A DNA stretch of 64,000 nucleotides, from contig JBNZDD010013678.1 in the NCBI GenBank assembly GCA_050575255.1, positions 1,087,653 through 1,151,652 of the forward strand. Direction: 5' to 3'. The notes beneath the pieces are model-generated. The model worked only from the letters and a program-made list of their open reading frames with translations. It was not told where the DNA came from and searched no databases. Each line of letters begins with the position of its first letter. Within the stretch, counting starts at the first letter, position 1. The translations under genes were made by a program, and so were the position numbers. Below, one piece after another: positions 13,120 through 24,550 of the stretch. This DNA is from Harriotta raleighana (taxonomy: Eukaryota).

Positions 13120-13597
13120 ACTTTCTACCCCAAATCCATGCCATGACCAACTCTGCCTTCCCCCACCTCCGTCACATTGCCCGGCTCCGCCAATGTCTCA
13201 CAACACAGATTGCTTGGGCCCTCAGACACACATTTATAAAACACAGGCTTGAATACGCAAATTCCCTGCTCAACAGCCTCCCCAACTCCTCTCTGTATAG
13301 GTTGCAGATCATCCAGAAGTCTGCAGCTCGTGTCCTCTCACGCAACAGGCTCCGTAACCCTATCCATCCCACTCTCGCCCAACTCCACTGGCTCCTCACC
13401 ACAAAGAGGGTACAATTCAAGATCCTAGTCCTCACCTTTCAAAATCCCTCCGGACCTTGCTTCTCGCCTACCACTGCAAACTCCTAACCCCCTACCAACC
13501 TGCAGCCTGCATCCATTCAGCGGGCTCTGGCCTGCTTCACCCGCCCCACCATTGGCGGTCAGACCTTTGGCCACTCTGTCACCCCCCTCTGGAACTT
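13120..13597 (+). mobile_element. L2 LINE ORF2 fragment
   Basis: AFPHLRHIARLR...RLEYANSLL...RLQIIQKSAAR...HPTLAQLHWL...RVQFKILVLTF, the L2 post-RT region. Confidence 0.9.
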
Positions 13598-14955
13598 CAT
13601 TGTGTCATTGATTGAGTGCCACAGTGTAGGTGGTTTGTATGTGGTCACTACTTTCTCGAGGCCGAGGTTGGTGCACCAGGCAGGGAGAAACAGATGTGGA
13701 GCAAAGCAATGGGTAAAGAAATTAGGGATTAGCATATTGACCTTCTGGGATCTTGATTCAAATGTTAGCCTGGATTGTTGGGATGAATGTCTGCACTGTC
13801 TGATGGCTGTAAGGGCCCCTATGTACAATTAATTTGGACCAGTTCTTAGTCTACAGACAGACAGACAGACAGCAAACACTTACGTTACTTCTGATTTGTA
13901 AATCTCGGCCAGAGAGTCGATGTAAAATGAAGGAAATGGAGAATGTTATATGAATAGATTAAGAGGCAAGATGGTGGGGAGGGGCGGGTGGGTGTCTAAA
14001 TTGAGTGCGGAGCTCGGGCCCTTATATTTTATAGCTGATCAGGCTTCGCATGACTTTGATGGGTTTTAGACAGCATCTCCCAGTCCAGTTTACAATTCAC
14101 CGAAAGGCAGGATTTGCATATGAAGCGAACTGACAATTCAAGTCAAAAATCACAATGACGAGTGTCGGAGATGAAGACTTGCTGTGGACATCGCCGTTTG
14201 TGCTTCAGGAACAATGCACAAGGCAGGTGTACAAAACAAAGACGATTCTTTGCAACTGCATTCAGAGTGATAATACAAAGCAGTAAGCAAGAGTGGATTC
14301 TTGTCTCTGAAATGTTAAACTGCTCTTCACTTGGAGTGTCACCAGTTCACTTAGAGCCTCTTCAGCTGGAAGGGGTGATGGAAAACTGCGGACAGTATAA
14401 AATTAATGTGCCGTGTCGTCTTGCTTCAAGTCAGTGAATAGGACTAAGAACTCTAGGATTTCTGTACAGGTTCCTAACTGGAGGGTACACGGTTTTGCGC
14501 TTTATGTGTAGAGCTACTACAGAATAGCTACTGACAGTTAAAGTACTGTACGTCAATTGAATTGGACTGCGTAACTTTAAAGAAAACTTAAACGCAACTT
14601 CGCATCAGAAGGCAAATCAAATCAGACTCCGCCACAGAGATAGATAAATAAATACCAAGGAGTTGATCACTTGCCAAATTTCTACCCCGTTACCTACCCC
14701 AAGTCAAGTTATCTTCTGATGAATGAGTAACTAAAGTTTTAAACCAANTGAGACTATAAGCCCAAGTCAAGTTATCTTCTGATGAATGAGTAACTAAAGT
14801 TTTAAACCAAAGGTATGTCAGTCTCTGCAGTGCTGGGTTAAATTCTCATGCTTGAGCCATGGATTGAATTATTCCTAAACTCTTTCATCAAAGTCTAATA
14901 CTCATCGGATGTTTCATTAGCAGCCCAATAATTCCAGAAGAATCCATGGCCTGAG

Positions 14956-15350
14956 ATAACAACAACAAAATTACATTTGTACAGTGCCTATCATTTCAGG
15001 AGGATGTCCCAAGGCACTGGACAGTCATTATTNCGGTGTCGGTAAAGGGGGGATTTGGGGATACCGATGGGACCATCAAAGAGCAGGGTCTTNCAAAATT
15101 ACATTTGTACAGTGCCTATCATTTCAGGAGGATGTCCCAAGGCACTGGACAGTCATTATTTCAGACCTGAGCTGGGGTCGGGGACGGGGAGGTGGAGGGA
15201 AAGGGGGGATTTGGGGATACCGATGGGACCATCAAAGAGCAGGGTCTTGAGGCAAGACATGAAGTAGGCCAGGGAGGGGTCGAGGTGCAGGGACTGCAAG
15301 ATAGAGTTCCAGAGTTTGGGGCAGGTGGGTCGGGGGACGTAGAGCAGGCC
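14956..15350 (-). mobile_element. L2 LINE 3' fragment, with gap-associated duplicated pieces
   Basis: PKLWNSILQSL...FMSCLKTLLF and L2 tail; N at 15033 and 15093. Confidence 0.8.
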
Positions 15351-17194
15351 TTTCAAATCCACACAGACCTTTTCTTCTAAAGGCCACAGTATAATCTGCA
15401 ATGCCAAGGACTCTCCTGTGCGCATTTTGTCTCTTGAATGAGATAAGCAACAACACCAAAACCTTGCATCTTTAATATGGTGTCACATTCTAATCCGCAT
15501 CCTTCAAGCAATGAGCAGATGCATTGGACAGAAAACACACCCTCAGTTCGCAGTGTGCAGCAATGCCTCACCGCACTGCAGGCGATTTGATCAGATGTTC
15601 GTTGGCCTTTAATCCCATTTTTAGATTGTCATTCATCCGACTCCTTTTCAAAGTAGTTAATCAATATACACATCCTCTTGAGAAACAAACAGAGAAAGGA
15701 CCTGATTCTAAAAGGCAGTTTTCTTTCCTAAATATTTATATATATACATCTATATAATATACATATATATTTTTAAAAATCTCCTCCTCATTGTAAGTTA
15801 CAATTTCCTTTGTGGCGAGTGAAAGATAATTGGAATAAGGAAAAATATGAGATACGTGACAGCATTTTAACCCAACGTTTTACCACTAAACAGCAATTGG
15901 CACACCGACATTTATAGTTCAAACAGACAGGAGTAACTTAAAGCACCAATGTTGAGCAGATTTCCTGGGGGGAAACAAACCATCTGACTGGTAATTTTCT
16001 ATCTCATTAGTTGAACTGAAGCTGCTTTTCCACGGTTGCCTAGCAATGCATTTGGACCATAAACCTTACAACAACAGGTAGGTGAGCAAATGTCAAGAGG
16101 GTAATTAAACTATTCAACAAAGGACTATTGTCCAACAATATCACTCAACTCAAGGCCTGAGCATCTTAATCACAGAGAACAACAACAATAATACTAGCGT
16201 TGAGACATCTTAAAGCTCTTCACAGAACATGCTGGATATACTATTTTGCGGGCGAAACGCACGTAACTCCTTTTTCTTTTCCTTTGGTTCAGAGTTCTTA
16301 TTCCTCCACGTAGCTGGTTTAGTGACACCACACAGTGAACTGTTGGGCTGTGCTAACTGCAGAATATGTACAACATTTAGGTCAAAATGTTCTCCCTTCC
16401 CCAGGGAAAATATCTCACCTGACCATCTCACCATCTTAACTTCATGTAACTTCTTTTACAAGCTTTATTTCACAATAATGGATAAAACAGTTAAGAAATG
16501 TTTTAAGAAGCTAAAATGAAGAGATTTATTCGCATACACAACAAGTTGGTTCACAGAATCTGGGGAGATTTACTAGCAGTCTCGACGTGAGAGGTGGGGA
16601 ATGAAATTATAATCAGGAGCTTTCACAGATGAGTAAGTAAGTAATCAGAAACATCAGAGATACCATTCAATCCGTGAAGCTCATCTCTTATGTAGATGGA
16701 TCTTGAGTCATCTTCTCAAATGATTCTTCAGAATGGCAAAAATTGCTATGTTAGCTTAAACTTTAGATGTACTTCAGAAGCGAACTGCAGCAAATCTAAA
16801 ATTTACTTAGCATTTATCACAATCCTCAGGCTTCTTATTAGAAAAAAATGTTTTGAAAATCACTTTACTCAGCGATCTGTTTCACTTCAAGCCCCCTAGA
16901 AATCTTTAATTAAATTGTTTGCTAACAGTTGCTAAAATAAATTTTATTAAAAAAAAGCTGATGAGGCAACTACTGAACAAATTCATTGATCAGCCACAGT
17001 CTTAACTTGCGTCCTGTTTGCACGTTTAAGTCTCCAGCTATTTGCACCTTTTTGATCTTCCACTGGCGAGCAATAATACTCGTCAAATAAATCATTCAAG
17101 TAATAATATAGAAAATAGTTAACCCTCATCGAAGACGACTTTATCGATTGCGAATTCAAGTATATGTGACGAAACAAAAGCATTANGGAAAATA

Positions 17195-17505
17195 CAGTTA
17201 ACCCTCATCGAAGGCGACTTTATCGATTGCGAATTCAAGTATATGTGACGAAACAAAAGCATTACTTTTTTGTGCAGTGCGCGTAAAACTTGTGTATACG
17301 CGCTGGCTGGCCCCTGCACGTATACACGCCGATAGCTCCCGACTAAATCCGATGATTCCTCGGCTGGCTGGCCCCACGCGCATGCGGATTTTTGACGAGG
17401 CCGGCAGATCCCGACTAAAGCCGAAGCCCCGTGCGCAATGCATTCTGGGTAAATAGAATAATGCTTTGGCCTCGGAGAATCGGAGAATCTTATTGCATAA
17501 ACAGA

Positions 17506-17537
<32 letters not shown>

Positions 17538-18143
17538 GAATCATACAGCAATGTAGGCTAATCTACCCTGTTGTTTTATTGATTTTTTAAAATTGCTTTA
17601 CTGCTTTGTTATCACTTTATTATAGCAATAATAACAAAGCCGCTGTAACCTTTCTGTGTCCCCAGCACTCTGCCCTCCGAGCGGCTCACTGCCCCCCACC
17701 TCACCGAGTTCCGTCCCATCCCGCCTCCGAGCGGCTCGCTGCCCCACACCTCCCCGAGTCCCTCCCGCCTCCGAGCCGTTCTCTGTTCCCTCCCCCACCG
17801 CCCGCCTGCCTGCCGCTCTCCCCGATTTCTCTCTGCCTCCCTCCCAAGCTGCCCTGATTTGCCCACTTCCTGGGTGGTTGGAGAGACAAGAACAGGAAGA
17901 GTGGAGGGGGGGGGAGCAACAAGAGCGGGGAGAGGCAGACGGAGTGAGGAGCGGGCCAGCCAGCTGAGGCCCTCCTCAGTAGGTACCTTGCATCGGATGT
18001 GCTGGAAGCTTGAGGTGGGTAGCTTGCGACTGGATTCCCCTGACCCCCCCTTTTCCCATTACTTCTTAATCTTCTTCAACATGATTTTGTCGAGTGCGCA
18101 GTTTTCCAGGAACCTAAACCCCGCGATTGACGAGGGTTCACTG
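17195..18143. mobile_element. Non-autonomous Tc1/mariner (Tigger/pogo-like) DNA transposon, 949 bp
   Basis: TA|CAGTTAACCCTCATCGAAGGCG ... CGCGATTGACGAGGGTTCACTG|TA: imperfect TIRs (17/22) and TA target duplication. CpG-rich interior with (GA)n and a GC-rich 45-50 bp tandem repeat at about 17672-17780. Confidence 0.75.
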
Positions 18144-18344
18144 TACTTGGAAATAATGCCTTGTTCTGTCTACCTTGGACGTTTTTTCACTGACCACTTT
18201 CTGAATCAAGCTTGTGCGGATTTCCAACCTGAGTGAGAGGCCCTGTATAAATAAATGCAAGTTGTTGTGGTATTGAAAAGTCGCCGTGCCCATCTTCACC
18301 CGTTTCGAAGTCAAAAATAAACAGACAATTCACTTTACAGTGTA

Positions 18345-18500
18345 AAATAATAATAACAACCCTTGCGTTTGATACAGCGCCTTATCACATCTTCAGGACA
18401 CCTCAAAGCACTTCACAGGACACACTGTAAAGCATGTAGAGTGTGTGTTTTGTGGCCAAGATACGGCAGCTGATTGCGCACAGCATGGATTGAAATGATT
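18345..18500 (-). mobile_element. tRNA-SINE family, 3' fragment
   Basis: Reverse complement of the family tail and body. Confidence 0.75.
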
Positions 18501-20239
18501 GATTTATTAGTATTAGTAATAGTAGTTATTTAGTTTTCAATGGACTCTCTGCTGTGAAGCACTTGCAGACGTCGCGAAGACATGATATATCACATACAAG
18601 GATTATTATTACATTGGGAATGTATGGTGCAGAGGAGTTTCAAGCTACAAGCTATGATTGTAATCTTCAATCCTATATAGCTTTGGGATTCTCCACAGTG
18701 TTTAATTATAGATCTGAAACTAGGCACATTCCCATAGGGAACAAAATATGACACATATAAGTAATGCAAACAGGTGTCAAGTTTTGCCTTTTTTTTTAAA
18801 AAAAGAAAGCTTTCCCTCAAAAAATCTCAATGAATATGGATGGGGTTGTCCAAAATCGTCAGTATAGTTTAGTCATATGTATACAATAATCTTTGGCATA
18901 TTTCCAGGCACTGCAAAAAATGTATTCCAGTAATATGGTGTAATTTAGTCACCCGGTTGCCTGGAGCAACTCTGTGAAAGTGCAACTGATCACATGTAGA
19001 AACATCAAGCATCTTATGTTGTGGTGCTGCAAATCGACTGCTGTGAAAACCGCCTCAGATTTATCTGTGTAGCTGACATTCTCCAGCGTTTTGCCTAGGA
19101 AATGAGCGAAAAGTGCGGTCAAAAACATAATGAATTCCGCGTACGTTTGACCTAGCGCCTCTCGTATGAAGGAAGACGCCTCAAATTCACTCCACAGGAT
19201 GTACTGCCAAGTGTAGTGAGTGTATTTTGCTGTTTCCAACGGGCCTTTGNAGTGAGCAATTTTATTGGAGAGACTGACTGTTGGCCGGGACGTCGGGTGA
19301 AACTCCCTTGAGTCGTAATATAAGTGTTGTGTCCAAATGTAAAGCTATTAAAGATGAGTCAACACTCAAGTGACCATGACAATGAGATTTCAGAGAATAT
19401 AGTTTCCAGAGTCAAGCCTATACATATATATTTTTAAAAAAGCTTTCTTTATAGCGAGGACACATGCTCTGGGCACCACTGATGTCTATAAATACCTATT
19501 CTGCTGTCCTCGGGGAAAGTACTGCAATATCAGTGTTTGTTAAAATGAGATTCAAACCTCTTTAATAAGTACTCACTTGCTACCAATTTCCTTTACTAAT
19601 GCCCCACTGTAACACTTTGTTTCATTTCCAATACTAGTTCAAACTATTAACATCAGAAACATTATTACAAAGTACCAACAATTGCCATATTGGAATACAG
19701 TAGATATATATATATAAAAAACACTAATGAAAGCAATTTAGACCCATTGCCAATCTTCATACAGTATTTATTCTCCCGACTACACGGGGTGGTTTTCATT
19801 CTCTATCGCTTAATGGTTGGTTCCGTTTAAAATTTCATTTATGTATTCAGCTTTCGAGACGTTTTAAAAAATGACTTTCTTTAAACAAAGTGCAACCCTT
19901 TGAAGGTCATATGATTTGTAATATTTAGGCACAGTCGTACCCAACAACTGTGTGGATAAATGTGCTGAATTGTTTTTTATTTTCTGAATTGCTCCCAGTC
20001 GAATGACACGACAAAGTGAGACATCACCCAGTGAGGGAGTTGCTTAAACGACGCAGAAAAAGATGGGAGCTGTTGTGTGGAATATCTAATGAAGTATTTA
20101 TTCATACAGTAATGAGGTTTGCCAGTGTGGAAACTGAGAGCCAGGAATGTCTCAACTATTTCCACAGATGAGTAACCTTTTGCCAATCCTTTCCCAATAC
20201 CTCTCTGAGCTGACTACTTTGAGATGTATAAAAGTGGAT

Positions 20240-20390
20240 AGAAACACAGGAAGAGGAGTAGGCCATTCAGCCCCTTGAGCCTGTTCCACCATTTTATTAA
20301 ATCGTGGCTAATCTGTACCTCAGCTCCAATTACTTTCCCCTTTCCCCTATAATCCCTCGACATCCTGAGCTCACAAAAAAATCAATCCTT
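20240..20390 (-). mobile_element. CR1 3' tail fragment (family B-like)
   Basis: ggagtaggccattcagccccttgagcctgttccaccatt is the reverse complement of the family B 3' UTR. Confidence 0.75.
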
Positions 20391-20755
20391 GGCTATAATT
20401 ATGTGGTGAGACAACATTCAATTAAAACGAGAATGGTTTCGAGCAGGAAAAGGCCTGGAAACATCTGTCTCTTTTTGATGTCTCCCAGGCATACTTGATT
20501 ATCTTCTCACTACAACTTTCAAACTGTGAGTTTCTCAGAAACCGTTCTCCTAGAAAACAAGTAACCAAAATGGGATCCCCAGCGTAGTGGAAGTAATGAG
20601 ACAACCAATCATTTTCTTCTTCTTAACGTCCTGTGTAATGTTGGAGAAAATACTTTTATAAGTTTTATCAAAGTTATTAAATACTGTATTAATGCCAATG
20701 TATGTCCAACTTAAAAATGGACTTCTTGGCGAATAAGCGCATCATTTACATTGTG

Positions 20756-21133
20756 CAGTAAAACCTCATTTATCCGTGACTCGATGAACCGGAAAACCCG
20801 TTCAACCGCCATCTCAAAAAAAAAAGTCCCGATTCGATGAACCGGAAGTTATCCAGCGAATAGTGATGACGCATTTAATGAATGGACTGTCGCAAGTGAG
20901 TACTGGGCAGGTACTCAAGGCTGGCTGCTAGTTGGGACTAAACCCGTTCCTGCTCCTTTTAAAAGTCGCATTTTTTTTTACCTCCGTAGGGTGAAGGCTG
21001 TGTTATATAAAAGTACTAATACAATATTCTGTTATTATTTAGTGCATTATTAATATGGTATGTGTTAAAATAATTTGAATTTTAACTGCCACTGGCCAGG
21101 TCCCGTGGGTGCCAGATAAACAAGGTTATACTG
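20756..21133. mobile_element. Tigger/pogo-like MITE, 378 bp
   Basis: TIRs CAGTAAAACCTCATTTATCCG / (revcomp) CAGTATAACCTTGTTTATCTG, 17/21, mismatches mostly consistent with CpG decay. Right flank TA, left flank TG. Sub-terminal repeat tcgatgaaccggaa occurs twice. Confidence 0.75.
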
Positions 21134-21270
21134 TATTTACAATGTGGGTTTAATGTTAAACTGTTATAGCCAGTGCACAATTTGCCATTCATGAGGTTAA
21201 TCCTATCGTCCTAAACTACAGTGTTTTCATCCATTTCCAAACTCACAAGAATGCATACACATCATGTTTT

Positions 21271-21595
21271 GGAGTCCTGTAGCTCAGTGGTTTGAACACT
21301 TGCCACACAAGCAAGAAAACTGGGTTGATTCCCGGCAGGGTCAAATCTTGGGCCAGTTTCCTTACTCCACACACCTGCTAATAATCCCTCAAAAAGAAAA
21401 AAACAATAATAAATTGGTCACTTCAATCCACAAATGTTTGTGGAGATACTACTGTGCGCGATTGGCTGCTGTGCCTCTTCCACAAATATTACAGCCAATT
21501 CACTTTACACTGTACTCTGTGAAGCGCTTAGAGACACTTAAAAAACGTGAAAAGTGCTATATCAAATGCGCGATTATTATTATTATTATTATTAT
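21271..21595 (+). mobile_element. tRNA-derived SINE, full length
   Basis: Head, body and (ATT)n tail. Confidence 0.88.
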
Positions 21596-23504
21596 CATCA
21601 TGTGGAGAGCATGAGTTATGATTAATTGCTTGTCTTCACAAAAAACAGATGAGCCAGCAGTGATGACCCCAGGAAGCCTGTCAGAAAGTGCAAAAAGAAT
21701 GCGGCAGTCTACCAAGGAGCAAGATCCAAGTCTCGATTCGAGTGAAGGATTTACAGGCGCTGTTCCCTCTCGTCAACATTTGTCAAGACGAGCTCTGCTG
21801 CAGGTGATGAGAATCAGTCGGGGGGAAATCACAAATGGCGCTGGTTCCAATTAATAGCACCCGATATTGAGGGAACATCAATTATTCCAATTGGTCTGCT
21901 CGTGGCTGTTAAGATTGACAGCAACCATAAATATCCTCACAACTGGATCATTCCAGGCACTGGGGGGGATGATTTGGCTGGCGTTTGTTTGTCAGAATAC
22001 CATGTCCAGTTTCATTCAGTTACGTGACTGATGCACTCTTCGCAAAAGGGCTCGTTTGTTTTCAAGCATCTTGAAAGAAAGTTGCCCAGTCAGCGACTGG
22101 TATAATGGTGATGCTGGCCATTCCGAGCGATGTGACACACAGTACACACACAAGTTACTGGCTAATTAAAAAGATTTGAAAGAGGGGAAGAACCTTTTGA
22201 GAAGTTGGATGGGTTTACTGGATGGACAAATGGTCTACGAGGATTTCCACTGGGAAGTTATTGCTTGGAGGAGTATTTTTAGGCTGGCTAATGATTTTAT
22301 TCTCGTGAACTAATTGAAGGGCTGAGTAGGCTTTACTAGGGATCAAACCTAGCACCTTTTGTACCCAAGACAGCTGAGCTACTCTGGATATGGATCAACA
22401 GTGCCAATAACATTATTTTAAATAACATGGACAAAGCAATAGTTCAGCATAGTGAAATTTATATGACGAGGAGGTTTGAGTTCACTTTAGTCAGCTGGGA
22501 TGAAAGGCTCCTCAATCATATTTTGTATGGGGTCAAAAATTCACCTCAATTTAGCAGCAAATTGGTACCATTGTCCTCGGGATCTGAGATCAACTGGTGG
22601 AGAAAGTGCGAACTGTCACATTGATCCAACAACGGTCTAACAGTCGAGCAGCTTGTGTTATTGCTCCTCAGAAGTTCTGGGATCCATGAAACCAGACATG
22701 GGGCGATGTCTCAAGCCATTGCAACTATCCTCTCACTGTGAAGGATGAAAGGAACAGAATTCAGTAACAGAATAAATGAATCATGACAGTATCTTGGGTA
22801 ATTAGGAAACGTGGGAATGAGGAACAAAAAATATCCCTGGATTTCAATACAACATTATCCAACCATGCACCAAGCAGATGATCTCCTTATATTCCGAGCC
22901 GATACATGATATATAGAAGCCACACCAGCTATAATTATATTCCTATAAACCGTCAATCTTTTCCTTAACAAGATGTTGTCTGTTTCCTTTTGGTTAATCA
23001 ATGTAGCGTTAGCCATCTGTGATGTGACTTGATTCCATATCTATCCTTCATAAGGGGGTGGAGGGGGTGGAGGAGGGGGAAGAATCTTTCAGGCCACAAA
23101 CAAGACAGATTGCCAATTCTGTACTCCGGCTTGAGTTCTGCGCTCATAGACTGAATATAATAACTGCTTACATGCATAATACTCGTGCATTTCAGTATTT
23201 CACTGAATAATTCTATTTTTCAATACATCTAGAATTATGCTTCCATTCTTCTCAGAAGCCACTAATGCATCAAATAACCTATTTCAACTTGATATCAAAC
23301 GACCGTGAGATGCACTCCAGCCCACCAATGTGCCTTACTACAAATGGCTTGGAAATGGCTCGATTCTTTCAATGAATGAGACACCGGTTCCTTTGGAATT
23401 GCAATTTCTCATAAACTGGTACGTGAAGCTGTACTGAATACACACAGCGCCATTAATAAGAGATCACATGTTAATCCCACATCCATCCGCACATTCACTG
23501 CAAC

Positions 23505-23718
23505 GCAGAAAAAAACAACAAAAAAACATAAAAATGGAATTGGTCATTTCAATCCATGGCTGTTTGTGGAGTGGGACGCTGCTGTGCACAATTGGCTGCC
23601 TCGTTTCACCCACAAAATATACAGTCAATTCACTTTACAGTATATTCCGTGAAGCGCTTTGAGACTTCAATAAGATGTGAAATGCGCTATATCAAAATGC
23701 AAGGTTTATTATTATTAT
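23505..23718 (+). mobile_element. tRNA-SINE family, 3' half
   Basis: Body and tail match. Confidence 0.85.
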
Positions 23719-23802
23719 CATGAAATCACGTTGATTGCAAACTTCACTTCATCCTATCAACTGACAGACATGATGTGCACTTTGATTGTGCATTTTTTTA
23801 AA

Positions 23803-24550
23803 ACAACATCAACAACAATAGAATTACATTTATAGAGTGCGTTTCATGTCGGGAGGTCGTCCCAAGGTGCTGAAAAATCAGGTCAGGATCCGAGCGGGGG
23901 TGGAGGGTCGGGGTAGGGGGAACGGGAAGGGAAGTAAGAGAGGGGGAAGAGTTAGGAGGGGAGCTGAAGGCTCGGATGAATAAGAAGGTCTTGAGACCGG
24001 CCTTGAGGGAGGAAAGGGATGAAGTGAGGTGAAGGGATTGCGGGATGGAGTTCCATAGTGTGGGGCAAAGAGGCTAAAAGCCCGGCCACCGATGGTTTTG
24101 CGGTTAGGACAATAGACGCGGAGCAGGCCAGAATCTGCTGAGCGGAGTGGGCAGGCACATTGATAGGGAGACAACAGGTCAGAAAGATAGGCGGGGGCAA
24201 GGTCGTGAATGGCCTTGAAAGTGAGGACAAGGATCTTGAATTCGACCCTCTGGGGGACAGAGAGCCAGTGGAGACAGGCGAGGGTGGGAATGATGTGTTT
24301 GTGGAGAGTACACAAGCAGAGTTCTGAATGTTCTGCAGCCTGTGAAGGGAGGACCTGGGAAGGCGAACGAGGAGAGAGTTCCCATAGTCGAGCCTAAATG
24401 TGATGAAGACATGTATGAGTGTTTCGGCAGCGAGGGGGGGCTGAGGTAATGGTGGAGTCTGGCAATATTACGGAGGTGATGGAAGGTTGTAATGGTCATG
24501 AAGCATAATGAGGGAGGAAGGACAGATCGGGGTCAAACAAGCCGCCCAGA
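23803..24550 (-). mobile_element. L2 LINE 3' fragment
   Basis: TFHHLRNIARL...HIIPTLACLHWLSVPQRVEFKILVLTFKAIHDLAPAYLSDLL...LRSAD...GGRAFS; (ttg)n tail. Confidence 0.92.

Noticed and set aside
17598-18236. Cluster of overlapping Pro/Gly-rich ORFs resembling a CpG-island first exon
   Set aside because: They are open on both strands because of GC-rich low complexity inside a TIR-bounded element, with no recognisable protein.
23855-23875. REST/RE1-like half-site TTCAGCACC in an L2 tail
   Set aside because: The right half (GGACAG) is not matched at canonical spacing, and the sequence is an ordinary part of the L2 tail.
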